From: Enterobacteria phage T6
Sequence record: MH550421
Direction: 5' to 3' (one strand)
Length of the DNA: 64,000 bases
Shown here piece by piece: positions 19,991-30,545 of the stretch. The first letter of the stretch is position 1. Each line of letters starts with the position of its first letter. The translations under genes were made by a program, and so were the position numbers. Under the pieces are notes generated by a model. It was given only the letters and a program-made list of their open reading frames with translations. It did not search any database and was not told the origin of the DNA.

Positions 19991-21450
19991 AGACCAGTTA
20001 CCTCATGAAAATCACCAAATACATCTTCGAATGTATTAGCTTTAGTTTTATCTTCACGCAAACGAATCGCAATTGGAAGAAATAATTTAACGTAATCAGT
20101 GCGGCCATCAGATTTTAACCAACCGTTGCATTCGCACTCTAGAATTTTTCCAATATAATAATTTTGGTTTTCCATAATGCGAGTACGGTCAAGTTCATGT
20201 GATTTTACGCCGGCTTTATCTTTTAAGCCTGAACCAGCATTTACCTTAATTTTTCCACACTCTGACTCAAGAATAAATCCACCTGCTTTAGTAGGGTCTT
20301 TACGGTGAGGATAAATTCCTACAATTTTTAAATCAACATCAATTACTTCTTTAAATTTATAGAGATTTTTCGAACGAGCATTTTCCCATAATCCATCGAT
20401 ATTTTTGAGAATAATACCTTCAAGACCTTGGTCAATATACTTTTTATAAATTACCTTAGCTTCATCTAGGTTATTTACTACCTGGTTTTCAATTAAAATT
20501 ACTTTATCATAGCCTGATGTCATTTGTTCTAATTTAGAAAAACGTACATCATATTTCAAGCGAAATGCTGGAAGACCGTATACTTCTACCAACGGGACAT
20601 AATCCCAGACCTGAAACTTCATGCATTGTGCTTCTTTTTCAGAAATGGTTCCCTTTAAAGATTTATTGGCGATGCCATTAGATGCAGTACGTGATTCAGC
20701 TACTTCTGTGAAGTCTTTAACTTTACTGTTTTCAGGATGAGCATCAAAAAGAAAATCTAGGCCTTCTGGCTCCTTTTTAACTTGCTCATGGTATACCAAT
20801 TCGCCATCAATTAACACGCCTTCTGGATGAATCTGGCGAGCTTCAGCGGTCATTTTGATTAACTCTTCTTTAAGAAGATCTAATCCTAGATATTCATTAC
20901 CAGCTCGTGATAAAAGACGAACATCATCTAATTCATCACCTCTGACTTCAGCAAAGCACCGAGCCCCATCAGCTTTTAACTGGGCAAAGGCTGGAAATTT
21001 AATATTCTTATTAATGCCTTTTTCATCATAAGAACTTGCAAGCATTTGAGGTTGTTCAGGAATTAAACCTGGCCAAACTTTGTTTGCAATAGATACCGAA
21101 GCACCGCATTCAAGGTCTCGCATCATCACTCGACGCAAAACTTCAACATCATCTTTTTTACCATCGGTGATGTATCCAGTTAATTCCTCAATTGCCGCAT
21201 TTCCAGTCAATTTCCGAGTAGCTAACGTGAATTCAATGAAGTCAAGCATATCAGTAAGAGTCAACATTCCAAAACTCTGGGTAGCAATACCAGGTTTAGG
21301 CCATTTCTTGATATAATACTGTAACCCACGAGAATAAGTCAGACGATATACCCGTTTAAGCAATTCATTATCTTTATTCTTTTCAAGAATTGCTTGTTTT
21401 TGTTTAGTTGAACCAATAGATGCTATTTCGTTCAGAATTTTAAGAATCAT
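19987..21450 (-). CDS. 30: ATP-dependent DNA ligase gp30
   Basis: 487-aa ORF MILKILNEIASIGSTKQKQAILEKN... with adenylation-site lysine motif (QLKADG); matches T4 DNA ligase. Confidence 0.95.
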   Translation of the reverse strand: MILKILNEIASIGSTKQKQAILEKNKDNELLKRVYRLTYSRGLQYYIKKWPKPGIATQSFGMLTLTDMLDFIEFTLATRKLTGNAAIEELTGYITDGKKDDVEVLRRVMMRDLECGASVSIANKVWPGLIPEQPQMLASSYDEKGINKNIKFPAFAQLKADGARCFAEVRGDELDDVRLLSRAGNEYLGLDLLKEELIKMTAEARQIHPEGVLIDGELVYHEQVKKEPEGLDFLFDAHPENSKVKDFTEVAESRTASNGIANKSLKGTISEKEAQCMKFQVWDYVPLVEVYGLPAFRLKYDVRFSKLEQMTSGYDKVILIENQVVNNLDEAKVIYKKYIDQGLEGIILKNIDGLWENARSKNLYKFKEVIDVDLKIVGIYPHRKDPTKAGGFILESECGKIKVNAGSGLKDKAGVKSHELDRTRIMENQNYYIGKILECECNGWLKSDGRTDYVKLFLPIAIRLREDKTKANTFEDVFGDFHEVTGL

Positions 21451-21716
21451 TATTCATCCTTTAGAGTTTGGTTTACAGCTCTATTATAAATCAATTCATC
21501 ATTAAGCTCAGTCAAAGACCTGTGGTACGTGGTTCTAACTTTATTTCCTTGCATCCAGTGCTTGACGTAAATGAAACCTTGCTCTACACATTTTTTAAAA
21601 ATTCGTTCGTCTTTTTGAGCTCGGAATTCTGGATTGCATCTAAAAAATTGATTTACGTGACCGTAATCACGTGTAGTATTACCTTCATTTTCATAAATAG
21701 TGTGAACGACAAACAT
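21450..21716 (-). CDS. Hypothetical protein, 88 aa
   Basis: ORF coupled to the gene 30 start. Confidence 0.45.
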   Translation of the reverse strand: MFVVHTIYENEGNTTRDYGHVNQFFRCNPEFRAQKDERIFKKCVEQGFIYVKHWMQGNKVRTTYHRSLTELNDELIYNRAVNQTLKDE

Positions 21717-22561
21717 TAGAATGCTCCTTGGAAAATATTATCACCACAAGTAGGTCTATTATACAAATACTCTATGCCACCGGGTTTAATATAGTTCCAT
21801 GTCTGAAACGGATGCGTCTGATATGGATGATATGGATGATATAGATTATAAGGATTAAATCCAGGAGTTCTCCAGGTAGTGTTCCAAGGAAAAGAATCGT
21901 TTTTAATCATCTTTTCAATTACATCTTTTATAGCTTTTTCACTATCAAAACTTTCTTTATTTTCCTTTGGTGAAAAAAGCTTATTCTCTACATCATTCCA
22001 TGTATAAACTCGCTGAGCAGTTTTTGGAATATTGTCACGCTCCCCTCGAGCCATCCAATAAACAGGAACACTTAATATTTCACTCGCATGATCGCAGTGG
22101 TGAGCGAGATCGTCGATATAACAAATTACGTTATATTTCTCTTTTGCCTTTTTGAACAACTCTTCTTTTGAAGAATCGTGACCACACATCATTACTTCTG
22201 AGAAGGCACCAGGAAAAAGAGCATTCAAATTAAATTGACGATTCAACAGAGCGTCAATAGAATCACCCAATGCTGTAACAGCTACAAAATTATAATATTC
22301 TTTTAATTTGTTAATTACACACAGAGCATCTTTGTATGGAGACAAGTAACGAATAAAATCTGAACGATTGTATTTTTCAATTAACTTGACGCCAAGTTCT
22401 TCATCACAATTAAAGAGTTTACCTGGAGAAATAAATTTCTCATCTTGGATCATTTTTAAAATATGTTCTAACGGAAGATTATATTTCTGAGCAAAATAAG
22501 GAAGGCCTGATTGCCAGCTTAAACATACTCCATCAATATCAGTTAAAATAGTAGGCTTCAT
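21716..22561 (-). CDS. HAD-like hydrolase, 281 aa
   Basis: N-terminal LTDIDGV motif (HAD motif I-like) and YIDD; C-terminal proline/tyrosine-rich repeats. Confidence 0.5.
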   Translation of the reverse strand: MKPTILTDIDGVCLSWQSGLPYFAQKYNLPLEHILKMIQDEKFISPGKLFNCDEELGVKLIEKYNRSDFIRYLSPYKDALCVINKLKEYYNFVAVTALGDSIDALLNRQFNLNALFPGAFSEVMMCGHDSSKEELFKKAKEKYNVICYIDDLAHHCDHASEILSVPVYWMARGERDNIPKTAQRVYTWNDVENKLFSPKENKESFDSEKAIKDVIEKMIKNDSFPWNTTWRTPGFNPYNLYHPYHPYQTHPFQTWNYIKPGGIEYLYNRPTCGDNIFQGAF

Positions 22562-23022
22562 AGAGAGTCTCTTAATAGGTTTAACACATCAATAAATTCA
22601 GCTTCGGTTAGTATTGTATCATCTTTTGTTAGACCACTAGCCATGCTGTGCTTCAAAACTTTTCCTTTCGAGGCTTGTAATGCATCACGAAAGCCCTTGT
22701 TTTGGATCGCTGCTTCAAAATATGCATTTGTGTATAATTCTTTCCACGCCGGGGAATATCTTGAAAATGGAACTCCAAGCCAGAAGAGGGTCCCACGGTC
22801 CTGAGCTCTAGCATAAGACCTTCCAGCTTGTTGAGCGGCAAGCCCGGATAACCCAAATATACGACGTTGTTGTTCAACATTTTTCACCTTGCACCCTTGA
22901 AGGAATCCTTCTAGACCTCCAAATTGAATACCATCCATAACGAAAGGCCAATGGGCGAAATTACTTAATGCACATGATGGCCACCTAAAATTACTTCTAA
23001 TCTCTAACTCAGACATTTTCAA
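22558..23022 (-). CDS. Hypothetical protein, 154 aa (possibly YbiA/DUF1768-like)
   Basis: ORF in the small-ORF block downstream of gene 30; domain call is a weak recollection. Confidence 0.4.
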   Translation of the reverse strand: MKMSELEIRSNFRWPSCALSNFAHWPFVMDGIQFGGLEGFLQGCKVKNVEQQRRIFGLSGLAAQQAGRSYARAQDRGTLFWLGVPFSRYSPAWKELYTNAYFEAAIQNKGFRDALQASKGKVLKHSMASGLTKDDTILTEAEFIDVLNLLRDSL

Positions 23023-23215
23023 TGCTTATAATTTCAACATCAGCCCAATGACCATAGCAAGGAAGACGAAATTCAACTGGCCAGTTAGGGTCCTTTTCTA
23101 ATATAATAGACTTAACTTGTGGTTCTTCGTGTTCATCAGTATATGGATTTTTATCTGTTACTTTATATGTGACCTTAATGTACTGAATTCCAAAAATCTT
23201 ATTAATTATATTCAT
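23009..23215 (-). CDS. Hypothetical protein, 68 aa
   Basis: ORF in the small-ORF block. Confidence 0.4.
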   Translation of the reverse strand: MNIINKIFGIQYIKVTYKVTDKNPYTDEHEEPQVKSIILEKDPNWPVEFRLPCYGHWADVEIISIENV

Positions 23216-23409
23216 ACTAATTCCTTTAATCCGTAAATAGGAGATAATTCATCACCCATACGAAGGTCTTCATTTCCATCTACCCAGGAAACAATATAAG
23301 CCTCTTTTACTTGAACATCTCCCAATTTAAATGCGGGTAAAACCTTAGAAATTAATCCAGGTATACCAACTCCCTTTAATTCAACAGTTTGGCCTAAAAA
23401 GAATTTCAT
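23212..23409 (-). CDS. Hypothetical protein, 65 aa
   Basis: ORF with ATGA-type overlap to its neighbours. Confidence 0.4.
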   Translation of the reverse strand: MKFFLGQTVELKGVGIPGLISKVLPAFKLGDVQVKEAYIVSWVDGNEDLRMGDELSPIYGLKELV

Positions 23410-23696
23410 TAAAACCTCATCTGAAAGCCGTGTGATTTAACATTACCACCGCCAATATCAGAAATGTTAATTTCACGCGCAATTGAAGGGTCAATGTCAA
23501 TTTCGCGATTGAGTTTAGTGATAGCTAAAGTATCGCGCCCATTTACAGTACGAAACTCTAAAGGACAAACCACATCAACGTAGTTTTTAATCGATTCGCT
23601 AGTAGGTTGCAAATGTGCAGGAAGGTCTTTAGGTGCCTTTGAGAAAACCACTTCACAAAAATTTTTGCGGGTATCAAAATAAGTAGTCATAAACAT
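23409..23696 (-). CDS. Hypothetical protein, about 95 aa
   Basis: Track ORF is 23409..23747; likely start is the ATG at 23696 after a GGGG/CCCC hairpin and GAGGAAAA Shine-Dalgarno. Confidence 0.4.
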   Translation of the reverse strand: MFMTTYFDTRKNFCEVVFSKAPKDLPAHLQPTSESIKNYVDVVCPLEFRTVNGRDTLAITKLNREIDIDPSIAREINISDIGGGNVKSHGFQMRF

Positions 23697-23736
23697 AATA
23701 TTTTCCTCAGTAAGGGGCCGAAACCCCTCATTTATT

Positions 23737-24114
23737 TTAAATATCAAATTCGTTAAGAACTACATCAAAGATTGCTTCCAAGTGCTCAGGTTTAGCTCTG
23801 TTACTCAGAATATGACGAATCCAAGTTTTAACTAAGAGTTTACGATTAGCACCATTCCAGCAAGGATGAGTCCCTAAATCGCGTTCACGAAAATCATCAT
23901 CCAGAGCGATTTTAAAGTTGGAACCTTCCATTGTGATTGAAACCGTGATACCGTTTTCAAATCGCATATAAACGTAGTTAGGAGTCATATACTGTTCAAT
24001 TTCGCATACTGATCCATTTTGATGTTTCCAAAGGCAGATGGTATCAATAGAACCTGCAATACCATTAGAAACATATTTACGTTCAAAGTTGATGTAGTTC
24101 ATTTTATTCTCCAA
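23737..24114 (-). CDS. Hypothetical protein, 125 aa
   Basis: ORF downstream of an early promoter. Confidence 0.45.
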   Translation of the reverse strand: MENKMNYINFERKYVSNGIAGSIDTICLWKHQNGSVCEIEQYMTPNYVYMRFENGITVSITMEGSNFKIALDDDFRERDLGTHPCWNGANRKLLVKTWIRHILSNRAKPEHLEAIFDVVLNEFDI

Positions 24115-24127
24115 GATGTTTAATTGC

Positions 24128-24167
24128 GGTACAGGTATATAATATCATGTCCTGTACCAAAGTAAAC
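24128..24167 (-). promoter_or_regulatory. Early promoter with 8-bp inverted repeat flanking the -10 element
   Basis: -35 GTTTAC (24162-24167), -10 TATTAT; GGTACAGG (24128-24135) and CCTGTACC (24151-24158) bracket the -10. Confidence 0.45.
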
Positions 24168-24169
24168 AA

Positions 24170-24502
24170 TTATTTTACTACTTTCCAATACTGCATGTCA
24201 AGTTTACCAACTTTTTTCATCTTCTCAATTAAGCGTTCGGCACGTTGGCGAGCTATAACATAACACCATTCACCTAATTCATTTTGTTCAATTTTTCCAA
24301 CGATTACTGTATTCAATTCATAAATCCAACCAGTAAAGAAATTATGAACTTGAATTGTAAAGGTGAAATCTGTTCCCATACCTTCTGTTGTTTCTACTTC
24401 AATAATATCACCTTCAACTGCCATTAAGAACCACATAGTTTCATTATATTTACCATTGAAGCATTTAGTTTTAACTGCAGCGTTCAGATTAATCGTTTTC
24501 AT
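24170..24502 (-). CDS. Hypothetical protein, 110 aa
   Basis: ORF in the small-ORF block. Confidence 0.45.
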   Translation of the reverse strand: MKTINLNAAVKTKCFNGKYNETMWFLMAVEGDIIEVETTEGMGTDFTFTIQVHNFFTGWIYELNTVIVGKIEQNELGEWCYVIARQRAERLIEKMKKVGKLDMQYWKVVK

Positions 24503-24614
24503 TTTATTCTCCTTTGTTTGTGTAAGATAATACTATCACAAAGGAACCGTACTGTAAACAAAACTTTATGCAATCTTTGGAAAATAAAAAAGGACTCCCG
24601 AAGGAGTCCTCAAC

Positions 24615-24791
24615 TTATGCTTTCTGCTTACCAAAACGAGAAGCATCATCTCGAAGAACCGCACGTGCTCGGCGCATGATCTTCTCAACAGTTTGATTGA
24701 TACGAGAGTTCGACCCACGCTTGTAGCCAGCGCGTTTAGAATCACCAACTTTCTTTTCAACTGCTTTCTTTGCTTTAGCTTGTTTTGCCAT
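24615..24791 (-). CDS. Small highly basic protein, 58 aa
   Basis: Track ORF extends to 24833 but the likely start is ATG at 24791 (MAKQAKAKKAVEKK...) preceded by AAGAGAATTTATA. Confidence 0.45.
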   Translation of the reverse strand: MAKQAKAKKAVEKKVGDSKRAGYKRGSNSRINQTVEKIMRRARAVLRDDASRFGKQKA

Positions 24792-25079
24792 TATAAATTC
24801 TCTTTTAAATGAAAATGCAGGACTTATTGGCATTGCCTGCGCAAGCCCTCAAGGGGAACATAGGTTTTTGGATATTTAACGACCAGGATAACCATAAACC
24901 CGTCATCATACCACCAAGACTTACACAGATAACACTTTTCTGACGCATGATAGTAACATTCAAGAGGTACACCGTAAAACTGCCGGGGTCTTAAAACTAT
25001 AATGATTCGCAAATCATTAATCAGACAGTTCGACGGCTCCTCGATTTAGCTCACACTAAGGCAGTGAATCTCCAATAAA

Positions 25080-25328
25080 TTACTTCAATGTTACCACAAA
25101 GTGACGAACTGCTTTTCGTGCAGCAGAAGCCAGAGGCTTAGCATACTTAAGTTCATCTTTTTCCTGAAGCTCAGCAGCTAATGCAGTTTGAGCAGGATTC
25201 AGATGTTTGAAATAACGCAGGATTTCAAGAGCTTCGGCTTCAACATCAATAGATGCGCCATAGTTTTCGTGACCATTATTCCATGCGTTTCGTTGCAGTT
25301 CAAGAGCGTGTTGTAATTGTTTAATCAT
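25080..25328 (-). CDS. rIII: rIII lysis-inhibition accessory protein (by size and position)
   Basis: 82-aa ORF immediately downstream of gene 31 as in T4; sequence itself not independently recognised. Confidence 0.55.
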   Translation of the reverse strand: MIKQLQHALELQRNAWNNGHENYGASIDVEAEALEILRYFKHLNPAQTALAAELQEKDELKYAKPLASAARKAVRHFVVTLK

Positions 25329-25454
25329 TTAAAAATTCTCGTTAGAGATTAAAACTCGGTAGTCACGTTCTTCTGAATTTCATCTTCTTTCGACAGATCT
25401 CTCAGTTGTAGACTACCACATAGAATTGAAACTCAATTCATATTATTATTTATA

Positions 25455-25790
25455 TCACTTATAAAGACACGGAATAGCTTTATAGTGACAGGTAACGAAT
25501 TTTTGTTTAATTTCTTTTGGCTGCTTAAGACCCAGAGCTACAAAAGGATGCGGAACATTTCGAATTTGACCAACTGGAAGAGAAGTCAAATCGCCAACTT
25601 CGCAGAAACCTTCAGGAACATCAGGACCAACAGAGTGAACTACACACAGTTCAGGAACTTCACCTTGGACACGTTTACCAATAATAAGTCCTGATTCTGT
25701 AACTTCTTCATCACCAGCTTGTGCAGGTTCAGAAACTAAAATAACATATTCACCGACAGCACGAATTGGTAGCTGTTGTACTTCAGACAT
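25455..25790 (-). CDS. 31: Co-chaperonin gp31 (GroES analogue)
   Basis: 111-aa [25 protein letters not shown]...; matches T4 gp31. Confidence 0.9.
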
Positions 25791-25846
25791 CGTTTTTCCT
25801 TTTTGTTAACAGATGAATTAATAATAACAAATAATTCTTAAAGCAT

Positions 25847-26155
25847 TTATTTACCAATAAATTGAAGCAAATGCTCAACTTTCATACCATTAACGGAAAT
25901 CAATTTGTCAATAGAAAAACCTCGCCATGCACCAAGCTCAACATCAAATACTGGAATCATGTCAGTAGATTCTTTCCGAGTAGATTCAGTCAATTTACCG
26001 GTTTGCATGGTTGGCATAAAGTCTGCATCACGAGTACCTTTCATAATACGAATAGTACCATCAGACTTTTCAAAAACTACGTTTGAAACACCCATGGACA
26101 ATTTAGTTTTCAAAATTTCACGAATTGCTACTTTTTGTTCAGTCGTCAGTTTCAT
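25847..26155 (-). CDS. Hypothetical protein, 102 aa
   Basis: ORF between cd and gene 31. Confidence 0.45.
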   Translation of the reverse strand: MKLTTEQKVAIREILKTKLSMGVSNVVFEKSDGTIRIMKGTRDADFMPTMQTGKLTESTRKESTDMIPVFDVELGAWRGFSIDKLISVNGMKVEHLLQFIGK

Positions 26156-26392
26156 TTATTTACCTATTACAGTTTTAATATGAGTTGTTCCACGTTCTTT
26201 AAGGGTGGAAAGTAATTTTTGGCATTTTTCTAAATCAGATTTCCAACTATACGGTCTATCAATACTAGTCCAATCAGTTTTATAATACTGTTTCCATTTA
26301 GAGAAAAAATATTTCTTATACTCTACAGCAAATGAGATGTTCTCGTTAGAATAAGAACTAATTGCTGTGAGCTTTACCAAACGAAATTTCAT
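26156..26392 (-). CDS. Hypothetical protein, 78 aa
   Basis: ORF between cd and gene 31. Confidence 0.45.
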   Translation of the reverse strand: MKFRLVKLTAISSYSNENISFAVEYKKYFFSKWKQYYKTDWTSIDRPYSWKSDLEKCQKLLSTLKERGTTHIKTVIGK

Positions 26393-26973
26393 TATTCACC
26401 ACAGAATTCGTTGATATTTTCCCAGTTTAACTTATTCAAGTTTTTCTTAGGAACATTAAACACTTCAATACCTGCATTTCGCAGAATATCATCCCAACCA
26501 GGTTTATTTTTATCGTATGTTTCGCAATAAACCAGTTTTTTAATTCCAGATTGAGCTATCGCTTTTGCGCAATCTGGACATGGAGAAAGTGTTACATACA
26601 TAGTAGCACCTTCAATAGAAGAACCATTTCGTGCAGCAAACAAAATTGCATTTAGTTCAGCATGAATTTCATTTTTAGATGACCATTCCGAGTGAGCACT
26701 ACGATGTTCTTTCGCCAAGACAAAGCGATCAGTTGAACCAAATGATACGCATTCAGACTTATGACCTTGAATGATAGTATGTTTAGGCTTATTCAACAAC
26801 CAACCTTGCTCAGCAGCATAATCACAACAGTTCACACCCCCTGCCGGAGAACCATTATATCCAGTAGAAATAATACGTCCATTCTTTTCAATTACTGCTC
26901 CTACCTTCCAGGAGCAACATTTTGATTCCTGCGATACTAAATATGCAATTTGAAGTACTGTACTCGCTTTCAT
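26392..26973 (-). CDS. cd: dCMP deaminase
   Basis: 193-aa ORF with cytidine/dCMP deaminase zinc motifs (HAELNAI ... PCPDCAKAI). Confidence 0.9.
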   Translation of the reverse strand: MKASTVLQIAYLVSQESKCCSWKVGAVIEKNGRIISTGYNGSPAGGVNCCDYAAEQGWLLNKPKHTIIQGHKSECVSFGSTDRFVLAKEHRSAHSEWSSKNEIHAELNAILFAARNGSSIEGATMYVTLSPCPDCAKAIAQSGIKKLVYCETYDKNKPGWDDILRNAGIEVFNVPKKNLNKLNWENINEFCGE

Positions 26974-27308
26974 TTCATAATCACCAGATAAGCAGATTTA
27001 GCGGTTTCAACACGATAAATTTCGTGACGAAGTTTAGTTATACTTTTAATAACAGAACTAATTATATTCTGCCCATCTTTAAAGCGGTTTTTCTTATCAA
27101 TAAAAACTGCGCCAGTCATCTTTTTGTGAAGCTCAACTGGATACTTCGTCACAATAATAGCATCATACACAGAAGGATGAATACTATTCACTAGAGTATC
27201 ATTCATTAAAGTTATTCTAATGAACTTTGCTGTTTCAGAATCAAGCGCTCTATGATCGCCAGTATCATTTTCAAGACAATTATCAATTATATCAGTTAAA
27301 TTCATCAT
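26970..27308 (-). CDS. Hypothetical protein, 112 aa
   Basis: ORF downstream of the cd block. Confidence 0.45.
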   Translation of the reverse strand: MMNLTDIIDNCLENDTGDHRALDSETAKFIRITLMNDTLVNSIHPSVYDAIIVTKYPVELHKKMTGAVFIDKKNRFKDGQNIISSVIKSITKLRHEIYRVETAKSAYLVIMK

Positions 27309-27541
27309 AGTACGCCATACACCCTTTGTGCTTCAACTAATCCATCAAAATCCAGTTTAAGATGCGATATTTGATCGCCATCACCTGGATTCACAATTAC
27401 TAATACTGAACGAGGAGTTTCAGTAATAACACGAACCGATGTTTCAGGAAATCGTTCAGAAACCTTATTTACTAATTCCTGTGCAAATAGTTTAACTTTT
27501 TCTTGGAATTCTTTAACAGTAATTGGTTTTTCACTTAGCAT
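27305..27541 (-). CDS. Hypothetical protein, 78 aa
   Basis: ORF, translationally coupled to neighbours. Confidence 0.45.
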   Translation of the reverse strand: MLSEKPITVKEFQEKVKLFAQELVNKVSERFPETSVRVITETPRSVLVIVNPGDGDQISHLKLDFDGLVEAQRVYGVL

Positions 27542-28062
27542 GTTGATCCCAGCTCCTTACTTTCAACGTTTTTAACTAATTTGACAGAAACTAATTCAGC
27601 ATCTTGAGTAATCATTACCGGACCTTCTTCATACTCTTCAAGATATTCTAGAGCTTTCTTTTTAGCTTCTTCCTTCGTATCAGTTTGAGCATAGATATAA
27701 AACATACAACCAGTAATACCTACTACTTTCCACTTAATTTCTTTATCAGTTTTAATTTCAAATTTACTGACAGAATCATCTTTTTGAACTTCTTCGAAAA
27801 AAGAATATTCTAACATATAAGCAATTGAAAATAACGGGCTAACTTTATAGGATTCGCCCATTACATCAACAGCTTTATACCAGCAGTCATCAATTTCGCG
27901 TTTAATGCTAATAACATTCTTTGCAGGGTCAATTTTTACTTTAAATGAATTTTCCCCAATAAACTGGGCAATTCGTTTATTAGCCCCGCAAGTTTCATTA
28001 AAAATATCTTTATAGCCAGTTTTAAAGCGATAAACCTTATCTTCTTCAAACCATTCGCTCAT
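27535..28062 (-). CDS. Hypothetical protein, 175 aa
   Basis: ORF downstream of an early promoter at about 28084-28122. Confidence 0.45.
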   Translation of the reverse strand: MSEWFEEDKVYRFKTGYKDIFNETCGANKRIAQFIGENSFKVKIDPAKNVISIKREIDDCWYKAVDVMGESYKVSPLFSIAYMLEYSFFEEVQKDDSVSKFEIKTDKEIKWKVVGITGCMFYIYAQTDTKEEAKKKALEYLEEYEEGPVMITQDAELVSVKLVKNVESKELGSTC

Positions 28063-28083
28063 TTCAATTTCCTCATTTGTTTT

Positions 28084-28122
28084 GGTAGAGCTATAATATC
28101 ACAACTCTACCGTAAAGTAAAC
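28084..28122 (-). promoter_or_regulatory. Early promoter with 7-bp inverted repeat flanking the -10 element
   Basis: -35 GTTTAC (28117-28122), -10 TATTAT; GGTAGAG (28084-28090) and CTCTACC (28105-28111) bracket the -10. Confidence 0.45.
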
Positions 28123-28124
28123 CA

Positions 28125-28400
28125 TTAAATCGCTTTGAATTCCGCAGTTTGAGATTCAAAGCGAATGTCGCCTTTGATAACTAGCTCAGCATCAAGACCG
28201 AATACAACAATGATATGCGCGGAACCTGGATACAACGTAATGGCAATAGAATCCACCTGGTCTGGAAGCAAAGTGTTCAATACATGAGTCACTTGAGCGT
28301 GGATTCGAAGCTCAGCTGCATTATCAAGTTTTTCAAACATATTATTAGCGATAATTTGGCTAAACACTACTTCTACGATTTTAGAGTAAGTCGGAAACAT
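28125..28400 (-). CDS. Hypothetical protein, 91 aa
   Basis: ORF between pseT and the cd block. Confidence 0.45.
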   Translation of the reverse strand: MFPTYSKIVEVVFSQIIANNMFEKLDNAAELRIHAQVTHVLNTLLPDQVDSIAITLYPGSAHIIVVFGLDAELVIKGDIRFESQTAEFKAI

Positions 28401-28464
28401 ATTTACCTCACATAATTTTCTTCAAGCCAATTAATAATATCCCAAGTTTCATGGTGCCAAGCCA

Positions 28465-29668
<1,204 letters not shown>

Positions 29669-29672
<4 letters not shown>

Positions 29673-29899
29673 TTATTTTTCTCAACTAATGATTGAATAT
29701 AATCATGCAGGTCTTTAGATGCTTTACCCCACTTATTTTGATATTCATTTTTGAGATTAGCACGTGATTGAGCTAATAAAACATCATTAGTTGGAGGTAA
29801 AGATTCCAACCGCTGAATCTGGCGTCCATAAATCATTGCAGCCATCTCGGATTCATAAATCAATCCTTTGAGATGCTCAAATTGATGCCATGAAATCAT
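29669..29899 (-). CDS. Hypothetical protein, 76 aa
   Basis: ORF between pseT and the spanin pair. Confidence 0.45.
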
Positions 29900-30195
29900 T
29901 TACATTTATCCTCTTTTAACTCTTGACGATAATAACATATCATAGTTTTCTGGTCATGTACATATCGTTTTACATCATTAAGCCAAATACGAAATTCCTG
30001 AGAATCTTCAAATGGCATACCGACCCAAGCTTTACCATCAATAACTTTAACTTGCCAAGATAGTTTAGCTTCATCATATGACTTTATCTGTACAGGCCAA
30101 TTAGGATGAACTGTTTCTTTCTTTACTTCTAGAGGCTTTGTCGAACAACCAACTAGAAGACCAATAGATAATATTACTGCTGATAGTTTAATCAT
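29896..30195 (-). CDS. Outer-membrane spanin (o-spanin lipoprotein)
   Basis: 99-aa ORF with signal peptide and lipobox LVGC; start overlaps the stop of the i-spanin gene. Confidence 0.7.
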   Translation of the reverse strand: MIKLSAVILSIGLLVGCSTKPLEVKKETVHPNWPVQIKSYDEAKLSWQVKVIDGKAWVGMPFEDSQEFRIWLNDVKRYVHDQKTMICYYRQELKEDKCK

Positions 30196-30545
30196 TTAGA
30201 AAGGTCCTGGATGTCTTCTGCGAACTTGTTGAAGGAGTTGTTGATTTGTTTTTCAACCAATCCTGGCTTATGAGCCACCACATCCGCCTTCTTTGCGTCT
30301 TTGCGCAGTTTTTCATTTTCACGCTCAATAGCAGCAATTGCCTCACGATTTTTATTATTCATCGCATCAATATAATTATACTGAATTCGCAAATTATTTA
30401 ATGCTAAAGCGTTTTCATTGGCTGTTTTTGTAATTTCAGTAACTGATGTTTCTAATCTTTCTACCTTATTTTTTAAAATAATAGATGTTCCGCCCAATGC
30501 TATTACAATTAATAGCAAACCTGCTGTCGTATTACTTAATTGCAT
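30192..30545 (-). CDS. Inner-membrane spanin (i-spanin)
   Basis: 117-aa ORF with N-terminal transmembrane helix and coiled-coil periplasmic domain, immediately upstream of the o-spanin. Confidence 0.7.
   Translation of the reverse strand: MQLSNTTAGLLLIVIALGGTSIILKNKVERLETSVTEITKTANENALALNNLRIQYNYIDAMNNKNREAIAAIERENEKLRKDAKKADVVAHKPGLVEKQINNSFNKFAEDIQDLSK

Noticed and set aside
24824-25012. Cys-rich 62-codon ORF in the rIII to 30.9 gap
   Set aside because: Initiates at TTG with no Shine-Dalgarno and overlaps a promoter-like element; kept only as a caveat in the finding on this interval
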